Shown: one piece after another, positions 34,150 through 43,631 of the stretch
Layout of the letters: every line of letters begins with the position of its first letter
Position numbering within the stretch: the first letter of the stretch is position 1
Assembly (NCBI GenBank): GCA_963845195.1
Contig: CAWJRH010000001.1
Span: forward strand, 852,597-916,596
DNA from: an uncultured delta proteobacterium
GTDB lineage: Bacteria > Myxococcota_A > Polyangia > Polyangiales > Houyiibacteriaceae
Length of the DNA: 64,000 nt
Direction: 5' to 3'
Translations under genes and position numbers: made by a program
Notes under the pieces: model-generated
The model's database searches: none
What the model was told of the DNA's origin: nothing
Seen by the model: the letters and a program-made list of their open reading frames with translations, nothing else

Positions 34150-35526
34150 CTAGCACCCCGCCCAGTCTCGTCCGAGAATCCCCGGGGGCCTCTCGATGCC
34201 GAACGCGCTGAGAATCGTGGGCGTGACGTCGTAGATCTCCGCACCCTCGACCCGCCCTCGCTTCGGCAGGTCTGCGCCTCCCATCACGAAGATGCCATCC
34301 CAATCGTGGTTGCAGGAGTCGGGTCCAGTGTCGTTTTCCTCGACGCGGACCGCGCGGTGCCCAACCGACCCGATCGCCCGGAGCGCCAGATCGTCGAAGT
34401 ACACCATGAGGTCCGGCGGGAAGCCTCGCGCCTGTCGATAGGTTTGGTGCGGGATGCTGACACGTGCCTGGACTGCAGCGCCGTCTTGGTCGGTCAGCGC
34501 TCCGAGCTCAGCGGCCAGAGTCTCCGTCAGCTCGGACGCCTCCTCGGGCGCGACGATCCCCCGAGGCTCCCGGCCCGCTACGTTGAGAAACACACGCGCA
34601 TAGTAGCCGCCTTCCGCCCATGCTCTTGTCTTCGTCCAGTCGATCCGATCGTGAGTTAGCGGGGTCACACCCTCAGGCTCCTTGCGCAGCGCGAGATAGC
34701 CTTCGCGAATCAACCACTGGTTGATGCAGAATCCACCAATCATCGCGCGTGCGCCGTGGTCGCTTACGACGATCACCGCAACTTCCTCGCCCGCCATGCG
34801 ACGCAGTGCCCCGATCCGCGAGTCGAGCTGGGCATAGTACTCGCGTCCCGCGTGCAGCCATCGCGGGTCGTTCGGATGCCGAGGATGAGTGGGGTCGATG
34901 TGGTGCCAGAACGCGTGGTGAAACCGATCGACGCCGATTTCCACCATCATCATGAAGTCCGGCTGTTTTCGCGACCAAACGTGCTCTGCGATGTCGAAGT
35001 GCTGATCGGTCATCCGCTGAATCGCCTCGAAGATTCGGCTGAGATCGTCCGAGCGAAAATCTTCGACATCTTGCTGGTATCGCCCGAACCGCGCTTCGAG
35101 CTCGTCTTCGAGAGCCCTGGGGAAGCACCACGGGCTCTGGTCTCCGGGCCAGAGGAATCCAGACACGGAGTGACCCCGCACCGGGGGCGGCGGCGAGGTC
35201 AGCGGCACGAACAGAGGAGCGACCCGCAGCCCCTGCTCGCCGAGCCAGTCCCATACGCGCTTGACCCGGACGTCGCCCCCATTCGCGAGACGCAGGCCCG
35301 TCTCCCCAGGGACGCGGCTTCGAAATCCGTAGAGACCGAGCTCGCCCGGGTCGCGCCCGGAGAGCATGCAGGTCCATGCGGGGACCGTGATCGGAGGTTC
35401 GCTGCTTCGAAGCGTGCCCCAGGTGCCCTCCTCGGCCAGCGCCGACACGTTGGGCATCGCGTCCCGATAGCGATCGAACACCAGGGCGGGGGCTGCACAG
35501 TCGAGCCCGATGACGATCATCTTCAT
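34150..35526 (-). CDS. alkaline-phosphatase-superfamily phosphodiesterase, paralog
   Basis: MKMIVIGLDCAAP...EPPITVPAWTCMLSGRDPGELGLYGF and VVSDHGA. Same layout as the downstream paralog, with a 9-nt gap to it. Confidence 0.8.
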   Translation of the reverse strand: MKMIVIGLDCAAPALVFDRYRDAMPNVSALAEEGTWGTLRSSEPPITVPAWTCMLSGRDPGELGLYGFRSRVPGETGLRLANGGDVRVKRVWDWLGEQGLRVAPLFVPLTSPPPPVRGHSVSGFLWPGDQSPWCFPRALEDELEARFGRYQQDVEDFRSDDLSRIFEAIQRMTDQHFDIAEHVWSRKQPDFMMMVEIGVDRFHHAFWHHIDPTHPRHPNDPRWLHAGREYYAQLDSRIGALRRMAGEEVAVIVVSDHGARAMIGGFCINQWLIREGYLALRKEPEGVTPLTHDRIDWTKTRAWAEGGYYARVFLNVAGREPRGIVAPEEASELTETLAAELGALTDQDGAAVQARVSIPHQTYRQARGFPPDLMVYFDDLALRAIGSVGHRAVRVEENDTGPDSCNHDWDGIFVMGGADLPKRGRVEGAEIYDVTPTILSAFGIERPPGILGRDWAGC

Positions 35527-35549
35527 CGAGGGCGTGGTGTGACGCGTTT

Positions 35550-37205
35550 TTAGGGAATGAGCGACTCGCGCTCGGGCGCCTGGAGGCCTGCGTCTGCCGC
35601 CTCGTAGATGGTGCGCTCTAGGTGCGAAAGCTCAAAAGGCTTTTCGATTCGCATGTTTGGGACCCGCTGAAGGAAGTCCCTCGCGCGCTGGGTGAAGGCT
35701 CCGCCCGTCATGAAGACGATGCGCTCGTGCATGGGGACCTCGCGCTGATAGGCCGCGCGATAGACATCCATTCCCGTCATCTCCGGCATGATCAGGTCGC
35801 AGAGCACCACGTCGAACTCGCGCTCGGACATCGCGGCGACCGCCTGGCGACCGTCGTGCGCCACCGTGACGTCGTGGTCGACCAAGGCCTTTTGAATTAG
35901 TCGCGCGATCACCGGCTCGTCGTCGACCACCAGCACCTGAAGACGTTTGCCGACGGCCAGGCGGGTCGCGCTGATCGACGGTGGTGACGCAGAGAGCGGC
36001 ACCGGTCGCTGGGCCGCCTTGTTCAGAACCACCCGAGCCACGGCACCCTGGCCCGGGTGACTGTGAATCTCGATCGTTCCCTCGAGGGCGTTGACGATAC
36101 TCCGGCTGATCGCGAGTCCGAGACCAGTGCCTCGTCCCGCGGTTTTCGTCGTCACGAACGGGTCGAACACCCTTCGCAGCAGTTGAGGAGGAATCCCAGG
36201 ACCGGTGTCCTGCACTTCGACGCAAACACGGTCTTGCTGCACGGTGCGCGCCCGAACCGTGATCGTATTTCGCGCACGGTCGCCGGGCTCGATCGCCTGC
36301 GCCGCGTTGACGATCAGATTGAGAAACACCTGGCCGATACGCGTCCTCGAACCGAGGGTGTGAAGAGAGGCCTCCTCGTATTCGCGAACGAGGATTGCGC
36401 GGTGCTCGATCTCGGGCTGCGCCATCCGAATCGCTTCGTCGAGGACCGTCTTTAGGTTCACCACCTCGGTTTCCGCGATGTCACTCGGATGCGAGAGCTC
36501 TCCGATCTCGCTCGCGATCGCGCGGATGCGCTCAGCCCCCTCGTACGCTTCGCAGATGAGAGACGACGCATCGCGCGGCATCTTCCCGTTCGCTTCGTGC
36601 AGCGTTCGAAGATGGTTCCAGACGAACGTCAGTGGGTTCTTCACTTCGTGAATGATGCTCGCGGTCAGCGTGCCGAGGGCGGACATCCGTTCGGCGAGCA
36701 GTAGGCGCTGCTGCAGCTCGCGCTCCGCGGTCATGTCGACGGCGGTGACGATCGCGCGGTCGAGCCTTCCCTCGGCGTTCGGGATGAAGCGCCAGTGGGC
36801 GCGGATGTCGCGCGGCTCGAACGCACAGGTCGTGATCGCGGTCTCGAGATGAACGTCGGTTTCGTTCCGAAAGGCCGCCATGAGAACGCGGATGAAGTCC
36901 GACTTCGACTCCGGCGTGAGCACTTCAGCGGCTCTGCGTATGCACTCCTCTTCGCTAGACGCGCCGACGAGGGCGATCGCTCCAGCGCTCGCTCGGCGCA
37001 CGCGAGTCCGGTTCAGGCACTCGTCGAGGGCTTTCGAGTCGTTGCGCACGAGCTTCTTGAACTCGTCCGCGTCGTGGCAGCCCTGGGCGTCAATCCAGGC
37101 GAGCACCTCCGATACGTCGAGATCCCACGCGGCGTTTGGAAGAAGCGACCAGAGGTCTTCCTCGACTGGCTTCGGGTCCTTGGGCTGGCGAATGAGACGA
37201 ACCAT
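35550..37205 (-). CDS. hybrid sensor histidine kinase / response regulator (cytoplasmic, PAS-like N-terminus)
   Basis: H-box LTASIIHEVKNPLTFV; ATPase boxes FLNLIVNAAQAI, DTGPGIP, GTGLGLAISRSIV; C-terminal receiver (VLVVDDEPVI...VVLCDLIMPEMTG...IVFMTGG). No TM segment seen. Confidence 0.85.
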   Translation of the reverse strand: MVRLIRQPKDPKPVEEDLWSLLPNAAWDLDVSEVLAWIDAQGCHDADEFKKLVRNDSKALDECLNRTRVRRASAGAIALVGASSEEECIRRAAEVLTPESKSDFIRVLMAAFRNETDVHLETAITTCAFEPRDIRAHWRFIPNAEGRLDRAIVTAVDMTAERELQQRLLLAERMSALGTLTASIIHEVKNPLTFVWNHLRTLHEANGKMPRDASSLICEAYEGAERIRAIASEIGELSHPSDIAETEVVNLKTVLDEAIRMAQPEIEHRAILVREYEEASLHTLGSRTRIGQVFLNLIVNAAQAIEPGDRARNTITVRARTVQQDRVCVEVQDTGPGIPPQLLRRVFDPFVTTKTAGRGTGLGLAISRSIVNALEGTIEIHSHPGQGAVARVVLNKAAQRPVPLSASPPSISATRLAVGKRLQVLVVDDEPVIARLIQKALVDHDVTVAHDGRQAVAAMSEREFDVVLCDLIMPEMTGMDVYRAAYQREVPMHERIVFMTGGAFTQRARDFLQRVPNMRIEKPFELSHLERTIYEAADAGLQAPERESLIP

Positions 37206-37278
37206 GGGGATTCAGGGCGCACGGCGCCCGGGCGGAATCGTATCGAAATCCGCGACTCGCTCCCAAAAGCTCGCAGTC

Positions 37279-38439
37279 TCAGGACGCCTTGCGTTGGCGG
37301 GCAGCCAGCATCCTTTGCTGGCGGTCGAGGTCGCGGCGAATCACCCCGTTGCCGAGCCAGGCGGCGAGCCGGTCGCCGCCGGGAAGCCTCTTTCGGGCAA
37401 TCTCGAAGGGTCTGACCAGCGCGCGCGTGGGTACATGGGCGTACTTCCACAGGTCGTCAGGCAGCCCGAGGTCGTCGGCAATCTCGGGCGGGTTGAGTGC
37501 GCGTGCCAGCCCGTTGTGGAATCGTATGAGGGCACGCGCCAGTGCGGGCGGCACGTTCTGTGGCGAGTTCTCACCAGGGACCCCAAGCAGTGCATTGGCC
37601 AGCGCAATCGAGTCTTCGTCGGGTCCTGGCTGCACCATGTGGATGAGCTCGCCGATACGCTGAGTCGCGGCCTCGTTCTCCAGATGCTCGAGGAGCCATG
37701 GATCGACACCACTTAGATGTCCTTCGTACCGCCACAGGGCGAGGATTGCATTGGCTTCTGCCTCGGTGAGATCGAAACCAAGGGCGCGCACCCCCTCCAT
37801 CATCAGGAGCGAGAACTCGAGCAGGGTGCCAAAGAGGTCGGCCTGGTTGACCGGCAGGCCCCATTCGTCGGTTCTCCACTCGGGAGAAGCCAGGCACTGG
37901 CGCCTCACATACGCGTGGATCAAGCGCACCCTCACCGAGGTTTCCCATCCCGGGTTTCCCTGCCGCAGCCCGTGGCGCTGCGTGGCATCGCTCACGAAGC
38001 GGGCTGTCCTGGCAAGCCTGGGCTGTACGTTCTGGGTCAGTTCGCCGGTCATCATCAGGGGCTTTACGGCGGCGCTCGAGTGGTAGCCGTTCAAAAGCGC
38101 CCGCGCGCCAAGGACGATCATGCCGACCACCCCAAACCGCTGGTAGGCGAGAGCCCCGTCGTTGATCTGCTCGAAATCGACCCAGTCGGGCACGCGCTCG
38201 ACGTCGGCAATGAACTCACGCAACGCCGAGGGATCCCCGGCGGACGTACCGTGGCGGAGCGCGTTCTCGAATGCGCTTCGCCCGTCGTTGCCTCGGTGGC
38301 TCAGCCAGTCGGCGAGGCGATCCCCCAGGACATCGGTTTTCGCGTAGAAGCTGGCGTAGCGGTCGGCGTCTTCGCCGTAAAAATGGCGTGCTTGCCAGCG
38401 TTGGCGGTAGCGCGTTGGAAAAGAAGGGTCAGCGGGCAT
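37279..38439 (-). CDS. MpaB/DUF2236-family oxygenase-like protein
   Basis: ORF 37279-38874 trimmed to ATG 38439 (MPADPSFPTRYRQRW). Characteristic SVRVRLIHAYVRR...WGLPVNQADL region. The start overlaps the upstream acyltransferase 3' end by 11 nt. Confidence 0.7.
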   Translation of the reverse strand: MPADPSFPTRYRQRWQARHFYGEDADRYASFYAKTDVLGDRLADWLSHRGNDGRSAFENALRHGTSAGDPSALREFIADVERVPDWVDFEQINDGALAYQRFGVVGMIVLGARALLNGYHSSAAVKPLMMTGELTQNVQPRLARTARFVSDATQRHGLRQGNPGWETSVRVRLIHAYVRRQCLASPEWRTDEWGLPVNQADLFGTLLEFSLLMMEGVRALGFDLTEAEANAILALWRYEGHLSGVDPWLLEHLENEAATQRIGELIHMVQPGPDEDSIALANALLGVPGENSPQNVPPALARALIRFHNGLARALNPPEIADDLGLPDDLWKYAHVPTRALVRPFEIARKRLPGGDRLAAWLGNGVIRRDLDRQQRMLAARQRKAS

Positions 38440-39151
38440 CAAGTTCCTCACGGGCCATCGCCATGAGTTCCCCGACTCGCTCCCGAGCGGTTTCCGCGGT
38501 TTGGCGCGCGTCCGGTTGCTTTTGTATGGGTTTCCCGACGTGCATACAGATTCGCGTCGAAGGGCTCGAGGCGATTCTGCGGATGTGCTGGCCGAACGAC
38601 TCGTTGCCGTAGGCGACAACAGGCGCGTACGCGAGACCGACGGGAACGATCGGCAATTCGAGGGAACCCACCGACGCGAATGCACCGGGCTTGAACTCAT
38701 GCAGTGCGTCGTCGCCGTGGGTCGCGCCCTCTGGAAAAGCCACAACCGTTCGACCCTCGCGCAGGCGGCGACGCATCGCCCGAACCGCGGCGGCACCGCT
38801 GAGGCGGTTGTCGCGGTCGACGAAGATCGTGGCGCCGTGCTTGGCCAAACGGCCGAACAGGGGCCATTGGGCAACTTCGTGTCGACTCACCATTACCCCG
38901 TGAAACGAGCCGAGCATCACGGCGATGTCGAGGGCGCTTTGGTGGTTGGCGACAACCAGCGCCCCCCGATTGTACTCGAGCTCGCCGCGGACCATCAGCT
39001 GCACCCCGAACACCTGGAGAAGCCATTCGACCAGCCGAGTGCAGTACGCGTCGGCAAGCTGCTCGCGCGAGGCCTGCGGCACAATCAGGCGATTCAGTTC
39101 GTAGATGCCGAGTGTTCCGGATGAGAGCGCGACGAATGCCCCGGAGCGCAT
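38429..39151 (-). CDS. lysophospholipid/glycerol-phosphate acyltransferase family (PlsC-like)
   Basis: HX4D (VANHQSALD) and FPEGATHGDD motifs. ORF extends to 39364, but ATG 39151 (MRSGAFVALSSGTLGIY) puts the HX4D motif ~70 aa from the N-terminus, as is usual. Confidence 0.7.
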   Translation of the reverse strand: MRSGAFVALSSGTLGIYELNRLIVPQASREQLADAYCTRLVEWLLQVFGVQLMVRGELEYNRGALVVANHQSALDIAVMLGSFHGVMVSRHEVAQWPLFGRLAKHGATIFVDRDNRLSGAAAVRAMRRRLREGRTVVAFPEGATHGDDALHEFKPGAFASVGSLELPIVPVGLAYAPVVAYGNESFGQHIRRIASSPSTRICMHVGKPIQKQPDARQTAETARERVGELMAMAREELDAR

Positions 39152-39203
39152 CGCTGCGCGGGCTGCGCTCACGCTTGATGCCTCGAAGATTGCGCTCGCG
39201 GCC

Positions 39204-39803
39204 GTGGGGCTTTGGTGGCAGTCTCCCCCTGTGGCGACTTCGCTCGCACCAGGGTTCCTCGTGGCTTCGCCGTCCATGCGGTGTCCATTCTTCCACCATA
39301 CTCTGGTGCTGCTCATCGACCACGACAAGCAGGGGTCGTTTGGGTTCGTCGTCAATCGCACCACCGATCTCGGCCTCGAGGACGTCTTCCGAGAGGTCGG
39401 ACTCGAGCCTCACGCTGGGGTCGTTGCAGACGCACCGGTGCTGCTCGGGGGTCCGGTATCGCCTGAGTCGGGGTGGGTCCTGTACGACGCAGAGGGTGTC
39501 CCTCAGGCGAATTCCGGTCGCACCATCGCGGTAGGAGATCGAATCGCATGCAGTGCATCGATCGAGCTCCTGCAGCGCGTTGCGCGAGGGGATGGCCCGA
39601 ACGCCTGTGCGATGGTGCTCGGGTACGCCGGGTGGGGCGCCGGACAGCTCGAAGACGAGATGCAGACCGGGTCGTGGATCCCCGTCGACCTCGACTACGA
39701 GCTGGTTTTCGACACTCCCATCGAAGCGCGGTGGCAGAGCGCTCTCGCAAAGCTCGGGATTGATCCCTCGCGGCTGGTCGATGATCACGTCGCGAGCGCC
39801 TAG
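39204..39803 (+). CDS. YqgE/AlgH-family (UPF0301) protein
   Basis: GFLVASPSMRCPFFHHTLVLLIDHDKQGSFGFVVNR and GYAGWGAGQLEDEM are family hallmarks. The start is uncertain: GTG 39204 or GTG 39231, with no in-frame ATG near. Confidence 0.7.
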   Translation: MGLWWQSPPVATSLAPGFLVASPSMRCPFFHHTLVLLIDHDKQGSFGFVVNRTTDLGLEDVFREVGLEPHAGVVADAPVLLGGPVSPESGWVLYDAEGVPQANSGRTIAVGDRIACSASIELLQRVARGDGPNACAMVLGYAGWGAGQLEDEMQTGSWIPVDLDYELVFDTPIEARWQSALAKLGIDPSRLVDDHVASA

Positions 39804-39903
39804 CCCCGTGCGGGCGGAGCGGGCTCGTACCGTCCGCCCACCGGCGCCTGAGTCAGCCGCCGTCGCCTTGTTTCAACGCCGCTGCGGGGGTAGGTCCGGG
39901 CCA

Positions 39904-40740
39904 ATGTTCGCGCGTGTCTCCCACTGCCTCCTCGTCTTGCTCGCAGCCGCCCCGCTCACCGCCTGCCTCAGCGGCGGCTCCAGCAGCGGAACGCTCGGCC
40001 AAGATCGCGCGGCGGCGAAGAACAAGGGCTCCAGCCTGATGGCCGATGAAGACGCCCGCGGCGCCTACGAGCGCGCTCTGCTCGACTTTCGACGCGGCGA
40101 CTGTCTCGGGGCCCTGCCGGTGTTCAAAGAGATCCGGACCGAGTTTCCGTACAGCCGCTTCTCGGCGCTTTCGGAGCTCCGCATCGGTGACTGCCAGTTC
40201 AAGAACGAAGAGTATCCTGAGGCGATCTCGACATTCCGGCAGTTCGTTCGCATTCGTCCCTCCCACAAGGAAATCCCGTACGCCCGCTTCAAGATCGCCG
40301 AGGCATACTACCAGCAGCTCCCAGGAGGCTGGTTTATGACACCCCCGGAACACGAGCGGGACCAAAGTGCAGCCCGGGACGCGCTGATTCAGCTCCGCCG
40401 CTTCGTGGTCGATTTTCCCGAGGATCCGCGCGTGCCCGAGGCGCAAAGGCTCATGGAGGAGTGCATGAGCATGCTCGCGGAGCACGAACTCTACGTGGCT
40501 CGATTCTACCTCAAGCGCGACGCGTACCGGGGCGCCGCTGCGCGACTGCGCGGGCTCCTTGCGAGCTACCCCGGCAGCGGTGCGGAGCCCGAAGCGCTCC
40601 TGCTGCTCGGGCGCGTGTACCTCCAGCTCGAAGAGGTCGAGTCGGCGCGACAGACATTCGACGAGCTCGTCGAACGCTTCCCGGAAACCAACGAGGCGAC
40701 CAAGGCCCGCGGATTCTTGGGTCGGATGGCCCAGGGCTGA
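39904..40740 (+). CDS. bamD: outer-membrane protein assembly factor BamD (TPR lipoprotein)
   Basis: ORF 39553-40740 trimmed to ATG 39904 (MFARVSHCLLVLLAAAPLTACLSG, lipobox). BamD-like TPR body (FPYSRFSALSELRIGDCQFKNEEYPEAISTF...HELYVARFYLKRDAYRGAAARL). Confidence 0.85.
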   Translation: MFARVSHCLLVLLAAAPLTACLSGGSSSGTLGQDRAAAKNKGSSLMADEDARGAYERALLDFRRGDCLGALPVFKEIRTEFPYSRFSALSELRIGDCQFKNEEYPEAISTFRQFVRIRPSHKEIPYARFKIAEAYYQQLPGGWFMTPPEHERDQSAARDALIQLRRFVVDFPEDPRVPEAQRLMEECMSMLAEHELYVARFYLKRDAYRGAAARLRGLLASYPGSGAEPEALLLLGRVYLQLEEVESARQTFDELVERFPETNEATKARGFLGRMAQG

Positions 40741-40755
40741 GTTCAGCCTTTTTTT
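40733..40755 (+). terminator. short stem-loop followed by T7 tract after bamD
   Basis: gggctg-agtt-cagcc followed by ttttttt (40749-40755). The stop codon lies in the stem, and the stem is only 5-7 bp. Confidence 0.45.
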
Positions 40756-40789
40756 GGCCTTGTTCTCGGGGCGGTGGTTAGCTCCGGCG

Positions 40790-41497
40790 ATGTCGCTTTC
40801 GGCCGATCAGCGCCTCGAACTCGCCAACGAGCACTACGCTCGGGCCGAGTACGAACTCGCGCAACCTCACTTTGAGCGGCTCGTTGGCGACGGGCTTCGG
40901 TACCCAGACGTCTTCAACAAGCTCGGCGTGATCTATCACCTGGGCGGTCGCCTGACCGAGGCGCGTCGCTGCTTCGAGCAGGCTCTCGAAGAGAATGGCG
41001 CCTACCTGGAGGCGGCGCTGAACCTCACCGTCACCTGCAACGAGCTCGGCCAGTATGGGAGCGGGGTCCGAGCGATGGCTCGTGCACAGAAGCACACCGA
41101 GTCGAGCGATGACGCGTACCGTCGTGGCAAGGTCGCCAACTTTCACCGGGCCATGTCGCAAGCCTACATGGAGCTCGAACGACCCGAAGACGCACTTCAC
41201 GAACTTGGACGAGCCCTGCGGCTGTGTCCTACCTTCCACGACATTCGGCTCGAGCTTGCACGTCTCCTGAAGACACGTGGCAACACGCAGCGCGCGCGCG
41301 AGGAACTCATGTTGATCCTTCAGCTCGATCCGAACCATCACGACGCCCGCGCGCTTCTCGGCGTTCTCGAAATCGAGACCGGCGACCCTCGGAAGGGAAT
41401 CGGCTACCTTCGAGCCGTCGTCGCGCAGTGCGCGAACCATCCGGTTGCCACCGCCTACTTGCAGAAGGCAGAAGCGAAGTTCCGCCAGGCCTCCTAG
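40790..41497 (+). CDS. TPR-repeat protein
   Basis: ORF 40559-41497 trimmed to ATG 40790 (MSLSADQRLELANEHYARAEYELAQPHFERL). Several TPR-like 34-mers (e.g. AREELMLILQLDPNHHDARALLGVLE). Confidence 0.7.
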   Translation: MSLSADQRLELANEHYARAEYELAQPHFERLVGDGLRYPDVFNKLGVIYHLGGRLTEARRCFEQALEENGAYLEAALNLTVTCNELGQYGSGVRAMARAQKHTESSDDAYRRGKVANFHRAMSQAYMELERPEDALHELGRALRLCPTFHDIRLELARLLKTRGNTQRAREELMLILQLDPNHHDARALLGVLEIETGDPRKGIGYLRAVVAQCANHPVATAYLQKAEAKFRQAS

Positions 41498-41540
41498 GAG
41501 TTGAGCCGGTCTTTGTGACGCACTCAAAGAGTGCCATATT

Positions 41541-43583
41541 GTGCCTGTTGTGACGCAGACCGTTCTCCTCATCGATGATGACGCTCAGTTCCGAGCGAGC
41601 GTCACGCCCGCTCTGGAATCGTACGGTCTACGAGTCTTGCACGCGGGCAAGGGGAGTATCGCGCGCGCGCTGATCGCCGAAGAAGAACCTGCTCTTCTCG
41701 TCGTCGACGGACTGCTTCCGGACACCAACGGGATCACCTGGATTGAAGAGATGCGCGGCGAAGGATGTCGGACGCCGATCATCTTCGTCTCTGCCTTCTA
41801 CCGCGACCTGACGACGTTCCGGCACCTCACGCACGAACTCGACGTCGCCAAGGTATTCCACAAGCCGGTTGCCACCGATCGCTTTGCAAGAGAAGTGGCG
41901 AGCACGCTTTCCACACCCACGAGCCTCACGCCTGCCGCGCAGGCACCCCCGCAGGAGCCGGAAGAGGCGGTGCTGTTTCCGGACCGCGAGGAGCGCAAAG
42001 ACACGCGCGAAGGGCAGCCATCCTATCCGGGCTTTCTCCCCGTTGCCGCGGACAAGCTGACGGGTGCGATTCGCCGCGTGCAGGCCGAGTCAGAGCGGAC
42101 CAGCGTCGTTGCCGAGGCGCTCCGCCAGGCTCACGACCTTCACGGGGTCGCCGAGAGCCATGGGTTCTCCGAAGTGTCCGAGGCCGCCGCGCGCATCGAG
42201 GAGGAGCTTCGGCAGCTGCAGCGCTCTGGACGGCTCGATTGGTCGACCATGTTCAAGTCGATCGACGACGTGCGAACGCATGCGGCGGCCGTCGCGGGCG
42301 AGCCCATCGACCTACCGCGCCCATCTGCCGCTGCGCCGCCCGCGGTGACTCCGGCGGCGGCGTTCTTCTTGCACCGGTCCGTTCCGCGGGACTTCGTTCC
42401 AACTCTACTGGTCCTCGAAGACGACCCCGCCATGATTGCCTATCTGCGTTCGGCATTCGACGAAGTGCTGGTGCACCTTCGACCTACGAGCGGAGTCGAA
42501 GAGGCGCTCGAGGTCGCGCGCCGCAACCCACCGACTGCAGTGTTGATAGGCTGGCCTCTCGAAGACCGCGATGCGCTTCGGCGATTCATCCAAATGTTTC
42601 GGAGTCTCAGCGAGTGCAACGCAGTTCCCGTGATTTTGCTGTCCGTCGACGACGACCCCCACACGCGTGGCGCCGCCGCTCAGCTGGGCGTGAACATCTT
42701 CCTGCCCCATCCTATCGACCTGGTTCGTCTTCACCATGCGGTGGACACGGCGATCGAGAATGCGCGCGCTCCTCAGCCCAACATTGCCGTGCTTCGCGAC
42801 TCGGAGGCAGCGAAAGAAATCAAGGCGGCGGGGATCGATTGCTCGCTCTATTTCGGCCTCGAAGAACTGCTCCGCGAGCTGGACGTGCAGTGCCCGGATC
42901 TCGTTCTGATCGGCTCCTCGGTCAGCGCGGCGCAAGTACCGGGCATCCTTCGAATGTCGAGTTGGGACGCCGACTGCGCGTTTCTGTGCTTTGACGACTC
43001 GCCCCTGGCCGACGACGAGGCGATCACCAAACCGCTCGATCGCAACGGCGGTTGGTTGGTGGAAGTCCATCGAGAGGCAGAGCGAGTGGCCCGACTGAGG
43101 CGCAAGCAGCTCCGATGCAGTCAGACCGGGCTTCTGTTTCGCCACGGGGCGGTCGCGATCCTCGAGAGCGGTCTTTCGGCAGCTCAGCGCAATGCGCACA
43201 CGTACTCGGTCGGGCTGGTGAGTGCGATCGGGCTGAAAGGGGCCGACGAGCTCACCGCGCGCCGACTGCGAACACACCTTGGACGACTCATTTCGGCGCG
43301 CTTTCGACGCGAAGACGTCCGTGGGCGATGGGACGACGACACCTTCGTCGTGGGCTTTGACGGGACCAGTACGCGGGCGGTGGTCGAGGTGGTTCGCCGG
43401 CTCCTCGAAGAGATCGACTCCCAGCGAGAGCGGCAGCCTGACGAGCTTGCCATGCTGAGCTGCGCGGTGGGCCTCGCCTCGTATCCTCTCGACGGCGATA
43501 CGGTGCGTTCGTTGATTCTTTCCGCCCATGAACGCCTCGAAACGGCCATCAAGGAAGGCCCAGACGCCTTGATTTGGCGATAG
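41541..43583 (+). CDS. multidomain response regulator: REC - HPt-like - two degenerate REC-like - degenerate GGDEF-like
   Basis: GTG start. N-terminal receiver (TVLLIDDDAQF...ALLVVDGLLPDTNG...IIFVSA). HPt-like helix (LRQAHDLHGVAESHGFSEV). Two receiver-like segments lack the acceptor Asp context (AVLIGWPLEDRD; LVLIGSSVS). The C-terminus resembles GGDEF with WDDDT in place of GGDEF (DVRGRWDDDTFVVGF). Confidence 0.75.
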   Translation: MPVVTQTVLLIDDDAQFRASVTPALESYGLRVLHAGKGSIARALIAEEEPALLVVDGLLPDTNGITWIEEMRGEGCRTPIIFVSAFYRDLTTFRHLTHELDVAKVFHKPVATDRFAREVASTLSTPTSLTPAAQAPPQEPEEAVLFPDREERKDTREGQPSYPGFLPVAADKLTGAIRRVQAESERTSVVAEALRQAHDLHGVAESHGFSEVSEAAARIEEELRQLQRSGRLDWSTMFKSIDDVRTHAAAVAGEPIDLPRPSAAAPPAVTPAAAFFLHRSVPRDFVPTLLVLEDDPAMIAYLRSAFDEVLVHLRPTSGVEEALEVARRNPPTAVLIGWPLEDRDALRRFIQMFRSLSECNAVPVILLSVDDDPHTRGAAAQLGVNIFLPHPIDLVRLHHAVDTAIENARAPQPNIAVLRDSEAAKEIKAAGIDCSLYFGLEELLRELDVQCPDLVLIGSSVSAAQVPGILRMSSWDADCAFLCFDDSPLADDEAITKPLDRNGGWLVEVHREAERVARLRRKQLRCSQTGLLFRHGAVAILESGLSAAQRNAHTYSVGLVSAIGLKGADELTARRLRTHLGRLISARFRREDVRGRWDDDTFVVGFDGTSTRAVVEVVRRLLEEIDSQRERQPDELAMLSCAVGLASYPLDGDTVRSLILSAHERLETAIKEGPDALIWR

Positions 43584-43631
43584 CGGTCGGGCTCGCCCTG
43601 TCGCCGACCCCGGTGTAGACTCCCGCAGCCG

